38,031 nt of DNA from Burkholderiales bacterium (GCA_031419635.1 JANOKY010000184.1:1-38031), one strand, 5' to 3'. Shown: positions 27,555 to 36,111, counted from the stretch's first letter. Numbers and translations are program-made. Notes: generated by a model not told the origin, from the letters alone.

Positions 27555-28202
27555 TCAGGAGCTTTCGAGGACCACGCCCTCGATCAGGTTGGCGACGTCT
27601 TCGCAGCGGTCGGTGATCGACTCCAACTGCTCGTAGATGGCCTTGAGCTTGATCAGCTCACGCACGTCGGGCTGTTCGCGAAACAGCCGGCTCATCGCCG
27701 CGCGCATCACGCGGTCGGCGTCGGACTCGAGGTGGTCGATCTCTTCGCAGGTCTTCAGCGCCGCCTCGGCCACCGCCGCCTGGCCGAGCTTGGGCATCAG
27801 CGTCACGACATGAGCCACCCGCTCGCAGCAGCGCACCGACAGCTCGCCCAGGCGCACCACTTCGGTGGTGATCTCGCGCACGTCGTACAGCGACATGGTC
27901 TCCGTCGCGTCCTGCAGCAGGTCGAGCACATCGTCCATGGCGTTGATCAGGCCGTGAATCTGCTCGCGGTCGATCGGCGTGATGAAGGTCTTGTGCAGCA
28001 GCCGGTTGACTTCGGCGGTGACCTTGTCGGCGGCGCGCTCGGCGCTGTCGACCTGGTCGGCATACTGCTGGCGCAGCACCGGGTCGGCGTAGTTCTCGAT
28101 CATCGACATGAAGGCGCGCGCACCTTCGGCGATGAAGCGGCCGTGCTCGTTGAAGAGCTCGAAGAAGTTGCCTTCGCGCGGCATCAGCTTGCCGAACAGC
28201 AT
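27555..28202 (-). CDS. DUF47 / TIGR00153 PhoU-like protein (PiT accessory)
   Basis: ORF 27555..28583 trimmed to ATG 28202 (MLFGKLMPREGNFFELF). All-helical. Its stop lies 19 nt upstream of the PiT start, which is the usual pairing. Confidence 0.85.
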   Translation of the reverse strand: MLFGKLMPREGNFFELFNEHGRFIAEGARAFMSMIENYADPVLRQQYADQVDSAERAADKVTAEVNRLLHKTFITPIDREQIHGLINAMDDVLDLLQDATETMSLYDVREITTEVVRLGELSVRCCERVAHVVTLMPKLGQAAVAEAALKTCEEIDHLESDADRVMRAAMSRLFREQPDVRELIKLKAIYEQLESITDRCEDVANLIEGVVLESS

Positions 28203-28461
28203 CGGAGGTGTCCTTTGCACGCCATAGCGCGCCTGCGATCGATTTGAGTGCGCGCGAGTGTAATCGCGGCACGAACCCGGCTCAGCCGCGAAAGATGAAG
28301 TGCACCGCGCCGACCAGGCACAGCGCCGCCCCAGTTCACCAGCGCGGCGCCCCACGACGGCCGGGCCGTCAGGGGGTTCAAATGGTCGTATCAAGCGACG
28401 GTGATGAACACCTTGGACAAGGCCAGCAGGCCGAAGGTCTGCACCGGCAGGGGCAAGGCAG

Positions 28462-28950
28462 TTACGCGTCGATCCGTTCGATTCGTTGGTCGGGCAGCGC
28501 AGCGAGGGCCGCCACAACCGCACGGCCATCGGCCAGGCGCCAGGCCGGCGCCAGCTCAGCCAGCGGCGCGAGCACGAAGGCACGCAGGTGCATGCGCGGG
28601 TGCGGCAGGGTCAGTGCCGACGTTGCGATCTTGCGCTCGCCGTATAGCAGCAGGTCGAGGTCGAGCGTGCGCGGCGCGTGGTGGTACGGCCGCTGGCGGC
28701 CGTGGCGCTGCTCGAGCGCCTGCAGCTCGGCCAGCAAGGCTTCGGGCGCCAGCGAGCTGCGCAGCTCAGCCACGGCGTTGATGTAGTCGGGCCCGGTGGC
28801 GTCGCGCGGCGCGCTGCGGTACAGCGAGGAGGCGGCAACCAGGCTGGTCTGCGGCAACTCACCCAGTTGTGCCAGCGCCGCGCGCACGCTCGCCGCCGCG
28901 TCGCCGAGGTTGGCCCCCAGGCCGACGAAGACGCGCTCTGCGTCTGCCAT
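28462..28950 (-). CDS. folK: 2-amino-4-hydroxy-6-hydroxymethyldihydropteridine diphosphokinase
   Basis: VGLGANLGD, RTLDLDLLLYG and LPHPRMHLRAFVL motifs. Confidence 0.92.
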   Translation of the reverse strand: MADAERVFVGLGANLGDAAASVRAALAQLGELPQTSLVAASSLYRSAPRDATGPDYINAVAELRSSLAPEALLAELQALEQRHGRQRPYHHAPRTLDLDLLLYGERKIATSALTLPHPRMHLRAFVLAPLAELAPAWRLADGRAVVAALAALPDQRIERIDA

Positions 28951-28965
28951 CGCGGTCGGGTGGCG

Positions 28966-30585
28966 TCAGCCGGTGTCGCCGGTGTCGCCGGCGTTGCCAG
29001 CGGCAGGGCTCGGCGCGCCACCACCGCCCGGCTTGCGGCGACGACGGCGGCGCTTCTTCGCCGGTGCGCTGTCGGCGCCGAGGGCGCTTTCAGTGGCCGG
29101 CACGGTATCGCCCGCGTCACGCCGCTCAGGCTCATCACGCGGTTCGCGCGGCGCGCGGGGTTCACGTGGCTCACGCGCCTCACGGGCCTCACGCGGCTGC
29201 GAACGCTGGGCCTCGCGCACGGCGGCGATCAAGGCCTCGCGTTCCTCGGCACTGCCGAGCGAAAAGTCTTCCCACCAATCAGCCAGCTCGTCGCCGGCCT
29301 CGCCACTGTCGGCGCGCAGGCGCAGGAAGTCATAGGCGGCGCGAAAACGCGGCTGCTCGATCATCGCGTAGGGCGTGGTGCCGGTACGGCGCTCGAAGCG
29401 CGGCTGCATCAGCCAGATCTCGCGCATGTCGGTGCCGAGCTTGCCGCGGCCGGAGATGTCGCCGACCCGCGCGTCGAAGACCGCGTCGATGGCCTGCTGC
29501 AAGGCCGGCGCGGCATGCTCGCCGGCCGTGCGCGCGGCTTGCCAACGCTCGCGCACTTCATGCCAGAGCAGGCAGGCCAGCAGGTAGCTCGGCGCCACGC
29601 CCTTGTCCTGCTCGATGCGCGCGTCGGTGTCGGCCAGTGCCGCTTCGATGAACTGCACACGCTGGTTCTTGTGCTTGACGCCTTCAGCCATCAACGGTTC
29701 GAGCAGCGGGAATTGCCGGTTCAGGCCCTGCTTGCGCAGCTCGGCCACGCTGGCCAGAGAGTGGCCGGTCTGCAGCAGCTTGAACAACTCGTCGAACAGC
29801 CGCGAGCTGGGCACGTTGTCGAGCAGCGCGGCCATTTCGCGGATCGGCTTGCGCGTGGCCGGCTCAATGTCGAAACCGAGCTTGGCGGCGAAACGCACCG
29901 CGCGCACGATGCGCACCGGGTCTTCGCGGTAACGCGTGACCGGGTCGCCGATCATGCGCAGCGCCCGCTTCTTGATGTCCTTGATGCCACCGTGGTAGTC
30001 AACCACCACCTGGGTCAGCGGGTCGTAGTACATCGCGTTGATAGTGAAGTCGCGCCGCGCGGCGTCTTCGATCTGCGGGCCCCAGACGTTGTCGCGCAGC
30101 ACCCGGCCCGCGGCATCGACCACATGGCTCTTGCCGGCCAGCTCGCTGCGCGAGGTCTTCTCGTTGCCGCCGACCTGCTCGGCCTGCTCGGCCTCGAGGT
30201 AGGCGCGGAAGGTCGACACCTCGATCACTTCATGCTCGCGGCCGCGGCCGAAGATCACGTGCACGATGCGAAAGCGCCGGCCGATGATGAAGGCGCGGCG
30301 GAACAGGCCCTTGACCTGCTCGGGGGTGGCGTCGGTGGCGACATCAAAATCCTTCGGCCGCCGCCCGACCAGCAGGTCACGCACCGCACCGCCGACGATG
30401 AAGGCCGCGAAGCCCGCCTCCTGTAGCGTGCGCACCACCTTGACGGCGCGCTCGTCGAGCAGTTCGGGGTCGATGCCATGTTCGGCAGCGGCCACTTCAA
30501 CGCGTTTGCCCAGCGGAATGCGCACGCCCTTTGCGGCGGCAGGGGGCGACTTGCCGAGCAGCTTGTCGATGAATTTACGGATCAT
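28966..30585 (-). CDS. pcnB: Poly(A) polymerase I
   Basis: ORF 28966..31347 trimmed to ATG 30585 (MIRKFIDKLLG). Contains the nucleotidyltransferase motif GGAVRDLLVGRRPKDFDVAT. It has a repetitive charged C-terminal tail. Confidence 0.92.
   Translation of the reverse strand: MIRKFIDKLLGKSPPAAAKGVRIPLGKRVEVAAAEHGIDPELLDERAVKVVRTLQEAGFAAFIVGGAVRDLLVGRRPKDFDVATDATPEQVKGLFRRAFIIGRRFRIVHVIFGRGREHEVIEVSTFRAYLEAEQAEQVGGNEKTSRSELAGKSHVVDAAGRVLRDNVWGPQIEDAARRDFTINAMYYDPLTQVVVDYHGGIKDIKKRALRMIGDPVTRYREDPVRIVRAVRFAAKLGFDIEPATRKPIREMAALLDNVPSSRLFDELFKLLQTGHSLASVAELRKQGLNRQFPLLEPLMAEGVKHKNQRVQFIEAALADTDARIEQDKGVAPSYLLACLLWHEVRERWQAARTAGEHAAPALQQAIDAVFDARVGDISGRGKLGTDMREIWLMQPRFERRTGTTPYAMIEQPRFRAAYDFLRLRADSGEAGDELADWWEDFSLGSAEEREALIAAVREAQRSQPREAREAREPREPRAPREPRDEPERRDAGDTVPATESALGADSAPAKKRRRRRRKPGGGGAPSPAAGNAGDTGDTG
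28969..28995. repeat. 9-bp tandem repeat (x3) at the 3' end of pcnB
   Basis: gccggtgtc gccggtgtc gccggcgtt, encoding ..AGDTGDTG immediately before the stop. Confidence 0.8.
29134..29196. repeat. Imperfect 9-bp tandem repeat (about 7 units) inside pcnB
   Basis: atcacgcgg ttcgcgcgg cgcgcgggg ttcacgtgg ctcacgcgc ctcacgggc ctcacgcgg, encoding the PRE-periodic stretch PREAREAREPREPRAPREPRDEPE. Confidence 0.75.
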
Positions 30586-31262
30586 GGATGCTTTTCTTTG
30601 AACAGGTTCAATACCGGCCAGCCGCGCTCTTGCGCGAGCGCGGCCAGCGCCGGCCCCGGGTTGGTGGCCACCGGGTGGGTGGCCCATTCGAGCAACGGCA
30701 GGTCGTTGGTCGAGTCGCTGTAAACGGTGATGCGGTTGAAATCGGCGTGCCGCAGGCCCTGCCTGGCCAGCCATTGTTCGACCCGCAAGATCTTGCCTTC
30801 GCGAAACGACGCCACCCCGCGTACCGCGCCGGTCACCCGCCCATTGTCGTCGCGCGCAAGTTCGACGGCGATCAGCTCGGCCACGCCGAAGGCATCGGCG
30901 ATCGGCCGGGTGATGAATTCGTTGGTGGCGGTGACGATGGCCACGCGATCGCCGGCAGCCTGGTGGCGTTGTACCAACGTGATCGCGCGCGCGTCGACCG
31001 CCGGCTGCATGATCTCGTGCATGAAGCGCTCGCGCATCGCCAGCGCGTCGGCCTCGGGCCGTTCGCGCCCGGGCGCGGTGGCGGAGTCGATGTAGGCGTC
31101 GATGTCCAGGCGTGCGGCCTGGTAGTCCTCGTAGAAGGCGTCGTTGCGGCGCTGGTAGACCTCGGCGTCGACCCAGCCGATGGCCACCAGGAACTCGCCG
31201 AAGGCGTGGTCGGAGTCGGTTTCGATCAGGGTGCCGTCGAGGTCGAACAGCGTCAGGTTCAT
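30582..31262 (-). CDS. HAD-IB family hydrolase (phosphoserine-phosphatase-like)
   Basis: ORF 30582..31310 trimmed to ATG 31262 (MNLTLFDLDGTL, DxDGT motif I), with VTATN and YSDSTNDLPLL motifs. Its stop overlaps the pcnB start (ATGA). Confidence 0.85.
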   Translation of the reverse strand: MNLTLFDLDGTLIETDSDHAFGEFLVAIGWVDAEVYQRRNDAFYEDYQAARLDIDAYIDSATAPGRERPEADALAMRERFMHEIMQPAVDARAITLVQRHQAAGDRVAIVTATNEFITRPIADAFGVAELIAVELARDDNGRVTGAVRGVASFREGKILRVEQWLARQGLRHADFNRITVYSDSTNDLPLLEWATHPVATNPGPALAALAQERGWPVLNLFKEKHP

Positions 31263-31297
31263 ACGGTGAGCGCGGGGCTGCCCCATGCGAGCCGGCG

Positions 31298-31361
31298 CCC
31301 CGAGGGCCACGAAGGGGCACTTCGTGGCCCTCGGGGGCAGCGAACAACGTGAGCTTGGGGG
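31298..31361 (+). repeat. GC-rich palindromic intergenic element (REP-like), copy D, with a perfect 17-bp inverted repeat
   Basis: ccccgagggccacgaag (31298-314), loop gggca, cttcgtggccctcgggg (31320-336), then g-cagcgaacaacgtgagc-TTGGGGG. It ends 1 nt from the hda stop codon (31363-65). Confidence 0.7.
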
Positions 31362-31362
31362 T

Positions 31363-32061
31363 TCACAGTTCGGCGCCCTCTTGCTCGAACATGCGCTTGA
31401 GCAGCGGCACGGTCACGGTGCGGTGCTGCGACAGCGCGAACTCGTCCAGGCGCTCGAGCAGCGCCATCAGGTGTTGCAGGTCGCGCGAGAAGCGCGTCAA
31501 CAGGAAATCCATCACGTCGTCGGAGAGGAAGATGCCGCGGCGGTCGGCCTCGCGGCGCAGCGCAGCGCGGGTGTCGTGCTCGGCCAGCGGCTCCAGCGCG
31601 AAGACATGGCCCCAGCCCAGGCGCGTGCGCAGGTCGTCGCGCAGCGGCAGGTCGACCGGCGGCAGCGCGCCGGCCGCGACGATCGGCACGCCCTGTGTGC
31701 CAGCCTCGATGAACAGCGCGAAGGCTGCCTGCTGCTGGTCGGGCGCATAGGCCTCGCAACCGTCGAGCAGAACGATCGCGCCGAGCTCGTCGGCATGCCA
31801 GGGCATGGGGCTGGCGGCATCGAACCAGACGGCGCGCTGGCCACGCTCCTGCGCCGCTTCGGCAACCGCGCGCAGCAGGTGCGTCTTGCCGCTGCCGCGC
31901 GGGCCCCACAGGTAGACGGGGGCTGCGGCTTGGTCGGCCGATCTCGGCAGCGATTGGGCCAGGGCGTGCAGGTGCGCCAGCGCCGCCACATTCGCGCCGG
32001 GCACGAAGGTGCCGAAGGTGTGCAGCGCCGGCGGGCCGATGGCCAGGGGAATCTGCCGCAC
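31363..32061 (-). CDS. hda: DnaA regulatory inactivator Hda
   Basis: ORF 31363..33057 trimmed to GTG 32061, the first in-frame start after the perM stop. Contains the AAA+ Walker A YLWGPRGSGKTHLL. The 232-aa length is typical for Hda. The start codon is uncertain. Confidence 0.85.
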   Translation of the reverse strand: MRQIPLAIGPPALHTFGTFVPGANVAALAHLHALAQSLPRSADQAAAPVYLWGPRGSGKTHLLRAVAEAAQERGQRAVWFDAASPMPWHADELGAIVLLDGCEAYAPDQQQAAFALFIEAGTQGVPIVAAGALPPVDLPLRDDLRTRLGWGHVFALEPLAEHDTRAALRREADRRGIFLSDDVMDFLLTRFSRDLQHLMALLERLDEFALSQHRTVTVPLLKRMFEQEGAEL

Positions 32062-32066
32062 CGCCG

Positions 32067-33128
32067 TCAGCCCCGGAACAGCCGGCTGCCGAGGTAGGCA
32101 CCGCGAGCGCGGCGCAGCGCCACCAGCAGCAGCGCACTCACCGGCAGCGCAATCAGCACGCCGATGAAGCCGAACAGGTGGCCGAAGGCCAGCAGGGCAA
32201 AGATGACGGCCAAGGGGTTGAGGCCGATGCGCTCGCCGACCAGGCGCGGTGTCAGCAGCAGACTCTCGCCGAGCTGGCCGATGCCGTAGATCACAGCCAC
32301 CGCGATCACGCCGTACCAACTGGCGAATTGCAGCGCGCCGGCCAGCAAGGCCAGGGCCAAGCCGAGACCGAAGCCGAGGTAGGGAATGAACACCGCCAGG
32401 CCGGTGAAGATGCCCACCGGCAAGGCCAGGTCGAAGCCGGCGATGGCCAGCGCCACGCTGTAGTAAATGGCCAGTACACCCATCACCATCAACTGGCCGC
32501 GCAGGTACTGCCCGAGCACGCCGTCGCATTCGTCGAGGAAGCCCTGCACGCCATGGCGCAAGCGTGGTGGGACGAAGCCTTGCAGGCGCTCGACCAGGTG
32601 CAGCCAATCCATCAGCAGGTAGAACAGCACCACCGGCATCAGGAAGGCATTGCCGATGAAGGCCAGCAACAGGCTGCCGCCGATGCGCGCGGAGCTGAGC
32701 GCGGTGCCGATCCAGTCTTCCAGGTTGGCGTCGAGCAGCTTGCTGGCGAAGGCCTTGATGCTGGCGCTGTCCAGCGACACCGTGACGCCGAACTGCGCCA
32801 ACCACGGCGTGACGCGCTGGTTGAGGTGCTCGGCCAGCAGCGGCAGTTGCTCGCGCAGCAGCGGCAATTCTTTCGAGATGATCGGCACCACCAATAGCAG
32901 CAGCGCCAGCAGCGCGGCGATGGCCAGCACTTCGACGAGCACGACCGCGACGATGCGCGGCACACGACGCGCCGCCAATGCCTCGACCGCCGGGTGCAGC
33001 GCGTAGGCCAGCACCGCCGCCACGATGAAGGGCGTCAGCACCGGTGCCAGCAGCCACAGCAGGAGGGCGGCGGTGGCGGCCAGTGCCGCCCAGGCAAGGC
33101 CGCGGCGTTGGGCGGGCGTGAAGTTCAT
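32067..33128 (-). CDS. AI-2E family transporter (PerM/YhhT-like permease)
   Basis: ORF 32067..33353 trimmed to ATG 33128 (MNFTPAQRRGLAWAALAATAALLL). Polytopic membrane protein with a typical GE..G-containing C-terminal segment. Confidence 0.85.
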   Translation of the reverse strand: MNFTPAQRRGLAWAALAATAALLLWLLAPVLTPFIVAAVLAYALHPAVEALAARRVPRIVAVVLVEVLAIAALLALLLLVVPIISKELPLLREQLPLLAEHLNQRVTPWLAQFGVTVSLDSASIKAFASKLLDANLEDWIGTALSSARIGGSLLLAFIGNAFLMPVVLFYLLMDWLHLVERLQGFVPPRLRHGVQGFLDECDGVLGQYLRGQLMVMGVLAIYYSVALAIAGFDLALPVGIFTGLAVFIPYLGFGLGLALALLAGALQFASWYGVIAVAVIYGIGQLGESLLLTPRLVGERIGLNPLAVIFALLAFGHLFGFIGVLIALPVSALLLVALRRARGAYLGSRLFRG

Positions 33129-33144
33129 CGGCTCGGGTTGGTTC

Positions 33145-34011
33145 TCAATGCAGGCCGGGCGGGCCGCCGCCGCGCAATTCATCCAGCCGCTGGCGCAGCG
33201 CGTGGGCGTCTTCGGCATCGGCGCGGTGGTCGAGGTAGACCTGTAGATCACTGGCCGCGGCGATGTCCTGGCCCAGTTCGGCCAGCACCAGGGCGCGGTC
33301 GCGGCGCTCTTCCCAGGCCTCGGGCAGCAGCACCACGAGGCGCTCTTGCACACCGAGCAGCGGCGGCCAGCGCTCAGCGCTGCGGTGGATTTCCTTCAGG
33401 TTGCGCAGCATGCGCGCCAGCACGTCGCGCCCGCTCGCCGTTTGCAGGAACAGCCCGAGCGGGGCCTCGAACTCGCCGACCAGGCCCTGGCGCCGGCGGT
33501 ACGGTGCAAGACGCACTTCGAGCGCTTCGCGCGACAGCGACTGGCCGCTGAACGGATCGATAATGACCTCACCCTGCGGCATCTTCAGCTTGGCCAGGAA
33601 ATGCCCGGGAAACGACACTGGCCGCGCGTCCAGGCCGATCTGCTGCGCGATTTCGATGTACAGCAGCGCCAGCGTGATCGGGATGCCGCGCCGCGTGGCC
33701 AGCACGCGGTGCAGGTAGCTGTTGTGCGGGTCGTGGTAATCGTTGACGTTGCCGGCAAAGCCCAGCTCCTGGAAGAAGTAGCGGTTCAGGTAACGCAGCT
33801 TTTGCAGCGCGCCGGTGTCGGCGGCGATGCGTTGCTTGAGCCGTGCGGCCAGGGTGTCGATCTGCGATAGCACGCCCTGCACGTCGAGCGAGGGCTCGTC
33901 GTCCTGGGCGATCGCGATGGCCGCTTCGAGCTGCGAAAACTGGCGGTCGTCGGCCACCAGCGAGGCGAAGTAATCCAGCAGCGTGGGCGCTTCGAAGCGC
34001 AGCGAGCTCAT
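33145..34011 (-). CDS. SirB1/YchA-like protein (transglutaminase-like plus TPR)
   Basis: YFFQELGFAGNVNDYHDPHNSYLHRVLATRRGIPITLALLYIEIAQQIGL and SFPGHFLAKL match my memory of the SirB1 family. Confidence 0.75.
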   Translation of the reverse strand: MSSLRFEAPTLLDYFASLVADDRQFSQLEAAIAIAQDDEPSLDVQGVLSQIDTLAARLKQRIAADTGALQKLRYLNRYFFQELGFAGNVNDYHDPHNSYLHRVLATRRGIPITLALLYIEIAQQIGLDARPVSFPGHFLAKLKMPQGEVIIDPFSGQSLSREALEVRLAPYRRRQGLVGEFEAPLGLFLQTASGRDVLARMLRNLKEIHRSAERWPPLLGVQERLVVLLPEAWEERRDRALVLAELGQDIAAASDLQVYLDHRADAEDAHALRQRLDELRGGGPPGLH

Positions 34012-34027
34012 ACGTTTGCAGTGTAGG

Positions 34028-35584
34028 TCAGCCGTGGCGCATGAACTGCCGCGGCCGCAGGCCGAGCAGCGCCAGCAGGCTGAAATACAGCAGCGCCACC
34101 CCTCCCAGCACCGCCGCCATCAGGCCGATGCGCCAACCCCAGTGCGCCGCCAGCCCGATCCAGTCGATGCGCCAGGCGGCCCAGGCCAGCACGCCGGTCA
34201 ACGCCGCGGTGGCCACCAGCACGCGGGCGAGAAAGGCGGGCCAGCCCGGTGATGGCGTGTAGGCCCCGGCGCGGCGCAGGCCGATCAGCAGGCAGGTGGC
34301 GTTGATCAGCGCGCCCAGGCCGATCGACAAGGCCAGCCCGGCATGGCCGAACCAGGGCACGAACAGCGCATTCATGGCCTGGGTGGCCAGCAGCACGGCC
34401 ACGGCGATCTTGACCGGCGTGCGAATGTCCTGCCGGGCATAAAAGCCGGGGGCCAGCACCTTCACCGCCACCAGACCCATCAGGCCGACACCATAGCCGC
34501 GCAACGCGGCCACGGTCTGCGCCACGTCGCGCAGGCTGAAGGCGCCGTAGTGGTAGAGCACGGCCACCAGCGGCTCGGGAAAGACCAGCAGAGCCGCTGC
34601 GCAGGGCAGCGCCAACAGCACCACCAGGCGCAAGCCCCAGTCGAGCAGTCCTGCATAGCGGCCGCTTTCATCACTGGCCAAAGAAGCCGACAACTGCGGC
34701 AGCAGCACCACGCCCAGCGCCACGCCGAGCAGCGCGGTCGGGAACTCCATCAAGCGATCGGCGAAGGTCAGCCACGACACCGCGCCCACGCCCACATGCG
34801 AGGCGATCTGGGTGTTGATGACGAGCGAAATTTGCGCCACCGACACGCCCAGCAGCGCTGGCGCCATTTGCTTGAGCACGCGCCCGACACCAGGGTGGCG
34901 CCATGCCGCGCGCACCGCCGCAGGCGCCAGGCCGATGCGCGGGAAGCAGCCGACGCGCGCCAGCGCCGGGAACTGCACCGCCAGTTGCAGCACGCCGCCG
35001 GCCATCACCCCGGCGGCCAGCGCGTAGACCGGCTCGAGGCCCCAGGACTTGAACAGCGGCACGCCCCACCACGCGGCCGCGATCACTGCCAGATTGAGCA
35101 ACACGGGCGTCGCGGCCGGCACCGCAAAGCGCTTCCAGGTGTTGAGGATGCCCGCGGCCAGCGCCACCATCGACATGCAGCCGATGTACGGAAACATCCA
35201 GCGCGTCATCACCACGGCGTCGTCAAAGCGCGCCAGGCCCGAGGCCATCAGCCAGACGATCACCGGCGCGGCAATCACGCCCACGGCGCAGGTGGCGAGC
35301 AGCGCCCAGGCCAACACGGTGGCCACGGCGTCGATCAGCAGCCGCGTCACCTCGTCGCCCTCGCGGGCGCGGGTGCCGGCCAGGATCGGCACGAAGGCCT
35401 GCGAAAAGGCCCCCTCGGCGAACAGCCGCCGCAGCAGGTTGGGGATGCGGAACGCGACGTTGAAGGCGTCGGTGGCGGCGCTGGCACCGAAGGTCGCGGC
35501 GACGAGCAACTCGCGAGCAAGCCCGGTGATGCGCGACGCCAGGGTCAGCAGGGAAACGGTGGAGGCGGCCTTGAACAGGTTCAT
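34028..35584 (-). CDS. murJ: Lipid II flippase MurJ (MviN)
   Basis: MNLFKAASTVSLLTLASRITGLARELLVAATFGAS N-terminus, and a 518-aa polytopic protein. Confidence 0.93.
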   Translation of the reverse strand: MNLFKAASTVSLLTLASRITGLARELLVAATFGASAATDAFNVAFRIPNLLRRLFAEGAFSQAFVPILAGTRAREGDEVTRLLIDAVATVLAWALLATCAVGVIAAPVIVWLMASGLARFDDAVVMTRWMFPYIGCMSMVALAAGILNTWKRFAVPAATPVLLNLAVIAAAWWGVPLFKSWGLEPVYALAAGVMAGGVLQLAVQFPALARVGCFPRIGLAPAAVRAAWRHPGVGRVLKQMAPALLGVSVAQISLVINTQIASHVGVGAVSWLTFADRLMEFPTALLGVALGVVLLPQLSASLASDESGRYAGLLDWGLRLVVLLALPCAAALLVFPEPLVAVLYHYGAFSLRDVAQTVAALRGYGVGLMGLVAVKVLAPGFYARQDIRTPVKIAVAVLLATQAMNALFVPWFGHAGLALSIGLGALINATCLLIGLRRAGAYTPSPGWPAFLARVLVATAALTGVLAWAAWRIDWIGLAAHWGWRIGLMAAVLGGVALLYFSLLALLGLRPRQFMRHG

Positions 35585-35644
35585 GCGGTGGGGCCGCGAT
35601 CAGAGAATCAAGAAGGACTGACGGTGCAGATGCGAAGCGGCGCG

Positions 35645-35650
35645 ATTATA
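35645..35650 (-). promoter_or_regulatory. Possible -10 (perfect TATAAT) for murJ
   Basis: The minus strand reads gctaccTATAATcgcgcc, about 60 nt upstream of the murJ ATG. No good -35. Confidence 0.3.
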
Positions 35651-35744
35651 GGTAGCGCCTGCTCACGTCCGGCCGGGCGGGGGTGGCCGATCTCACCACC
35701 CATGCTAGACTCGCTGTCTTTGCACCAAAGCACCTGATTCAAGC

Positions 35745-36065
35745 ATGGCCACCTCGTCAAAAGCCAAGAAAAAGACCGTTCGCCTCGCCTCGGGCCGCAA
35801 GCGCGCCCGCCAGGACGTGAAGCTCAACGCCTCCAACACCGCCCTGCGCTCGAAGTTCCGCACTGTCGTCAAGAACGTGCAGAAGGCCGTCGACAGCGGT
35901 GACAAGTCCAAGGCCGGCGAGCTGTTCAAGCTGGCGCAAAGCGTGATCGATTCGGTGGCCGATAAGCGCATGTTCCACAAGAACAAGGCCGCTCGCCACA
36001 AGAGCCGCCTGGCCGCCAAGGTCAAGGCGCTGGCGACCACAACGACCGCCGCCGCAACCGCCTGA
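35745..36065 (+). CDS. rpsT: 30S ribosomal protein S20
   Basis: [41 protein letters not shown] ... [13 protein letters not shown] is a typical S20 sequence. Confidence 0.95.
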   Translation: MATSSKAKKKTVRLASGRKRARQDVKLNASNTALRSKFRTVVKNVQKAVDSGDKSKAGELFKLAQSVIDSVADKRMFHKNKAARHKSRLAAKVKALATTTTAAATA

Positions 36066-36087
36066 CGCGGTTTTTGGAGTTGCAATG

Positions 36088-36110
36088 AAAGCCCGCCTCG
36101 GCGGGCTTTT
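36088..36110. terminator. Bidirectional Rho-independent terminator shared by convergent rpsT and the DUF3579 gene
   Basis: aaaGCCCGC-ctcg-GCGGGCtttt. T-run on the plus strand (TTTTCTC) and TTTCATT on the minus strand. Confidence 0.8.
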
Positions 36111-36111
36111 C

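Noticed and set aside
28184-28381. 65-aa ORF (MNPLTARPSWGAALVNWGG...) upstream of the DUF47 gene
   Set aside because: It overlaps the DUF47 start and RBS, uses a TTG start without an SD, and its C-terminal half is Arg-rich junk. Only the short hydrophobic part is noted, as a low-interest observation.
28355-28400. tRNA-like T-arm (cagGGGGTTCAAATgg)
   Set aside because: The complementary CCCCC 3' half of the T-stem is missing, and no acceptor, D or anticodon arm can be drawn. The resemblance to GGTTCAAAT is coincidental, or it is related to the GGGGGTTCA ends of the repeat family.
28966-31347. 793-aa ORF fusing pcnB with upstream sequence; likewise 31363..33057 for hda and 32067..33353 for perM
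   Set aside because: In each case the recognisable protein starts at an internal Met or Val. The extension overlaps the neighbouring, independently recognisable gene (HAD hydrolase, perM, sirB1) in another frame.
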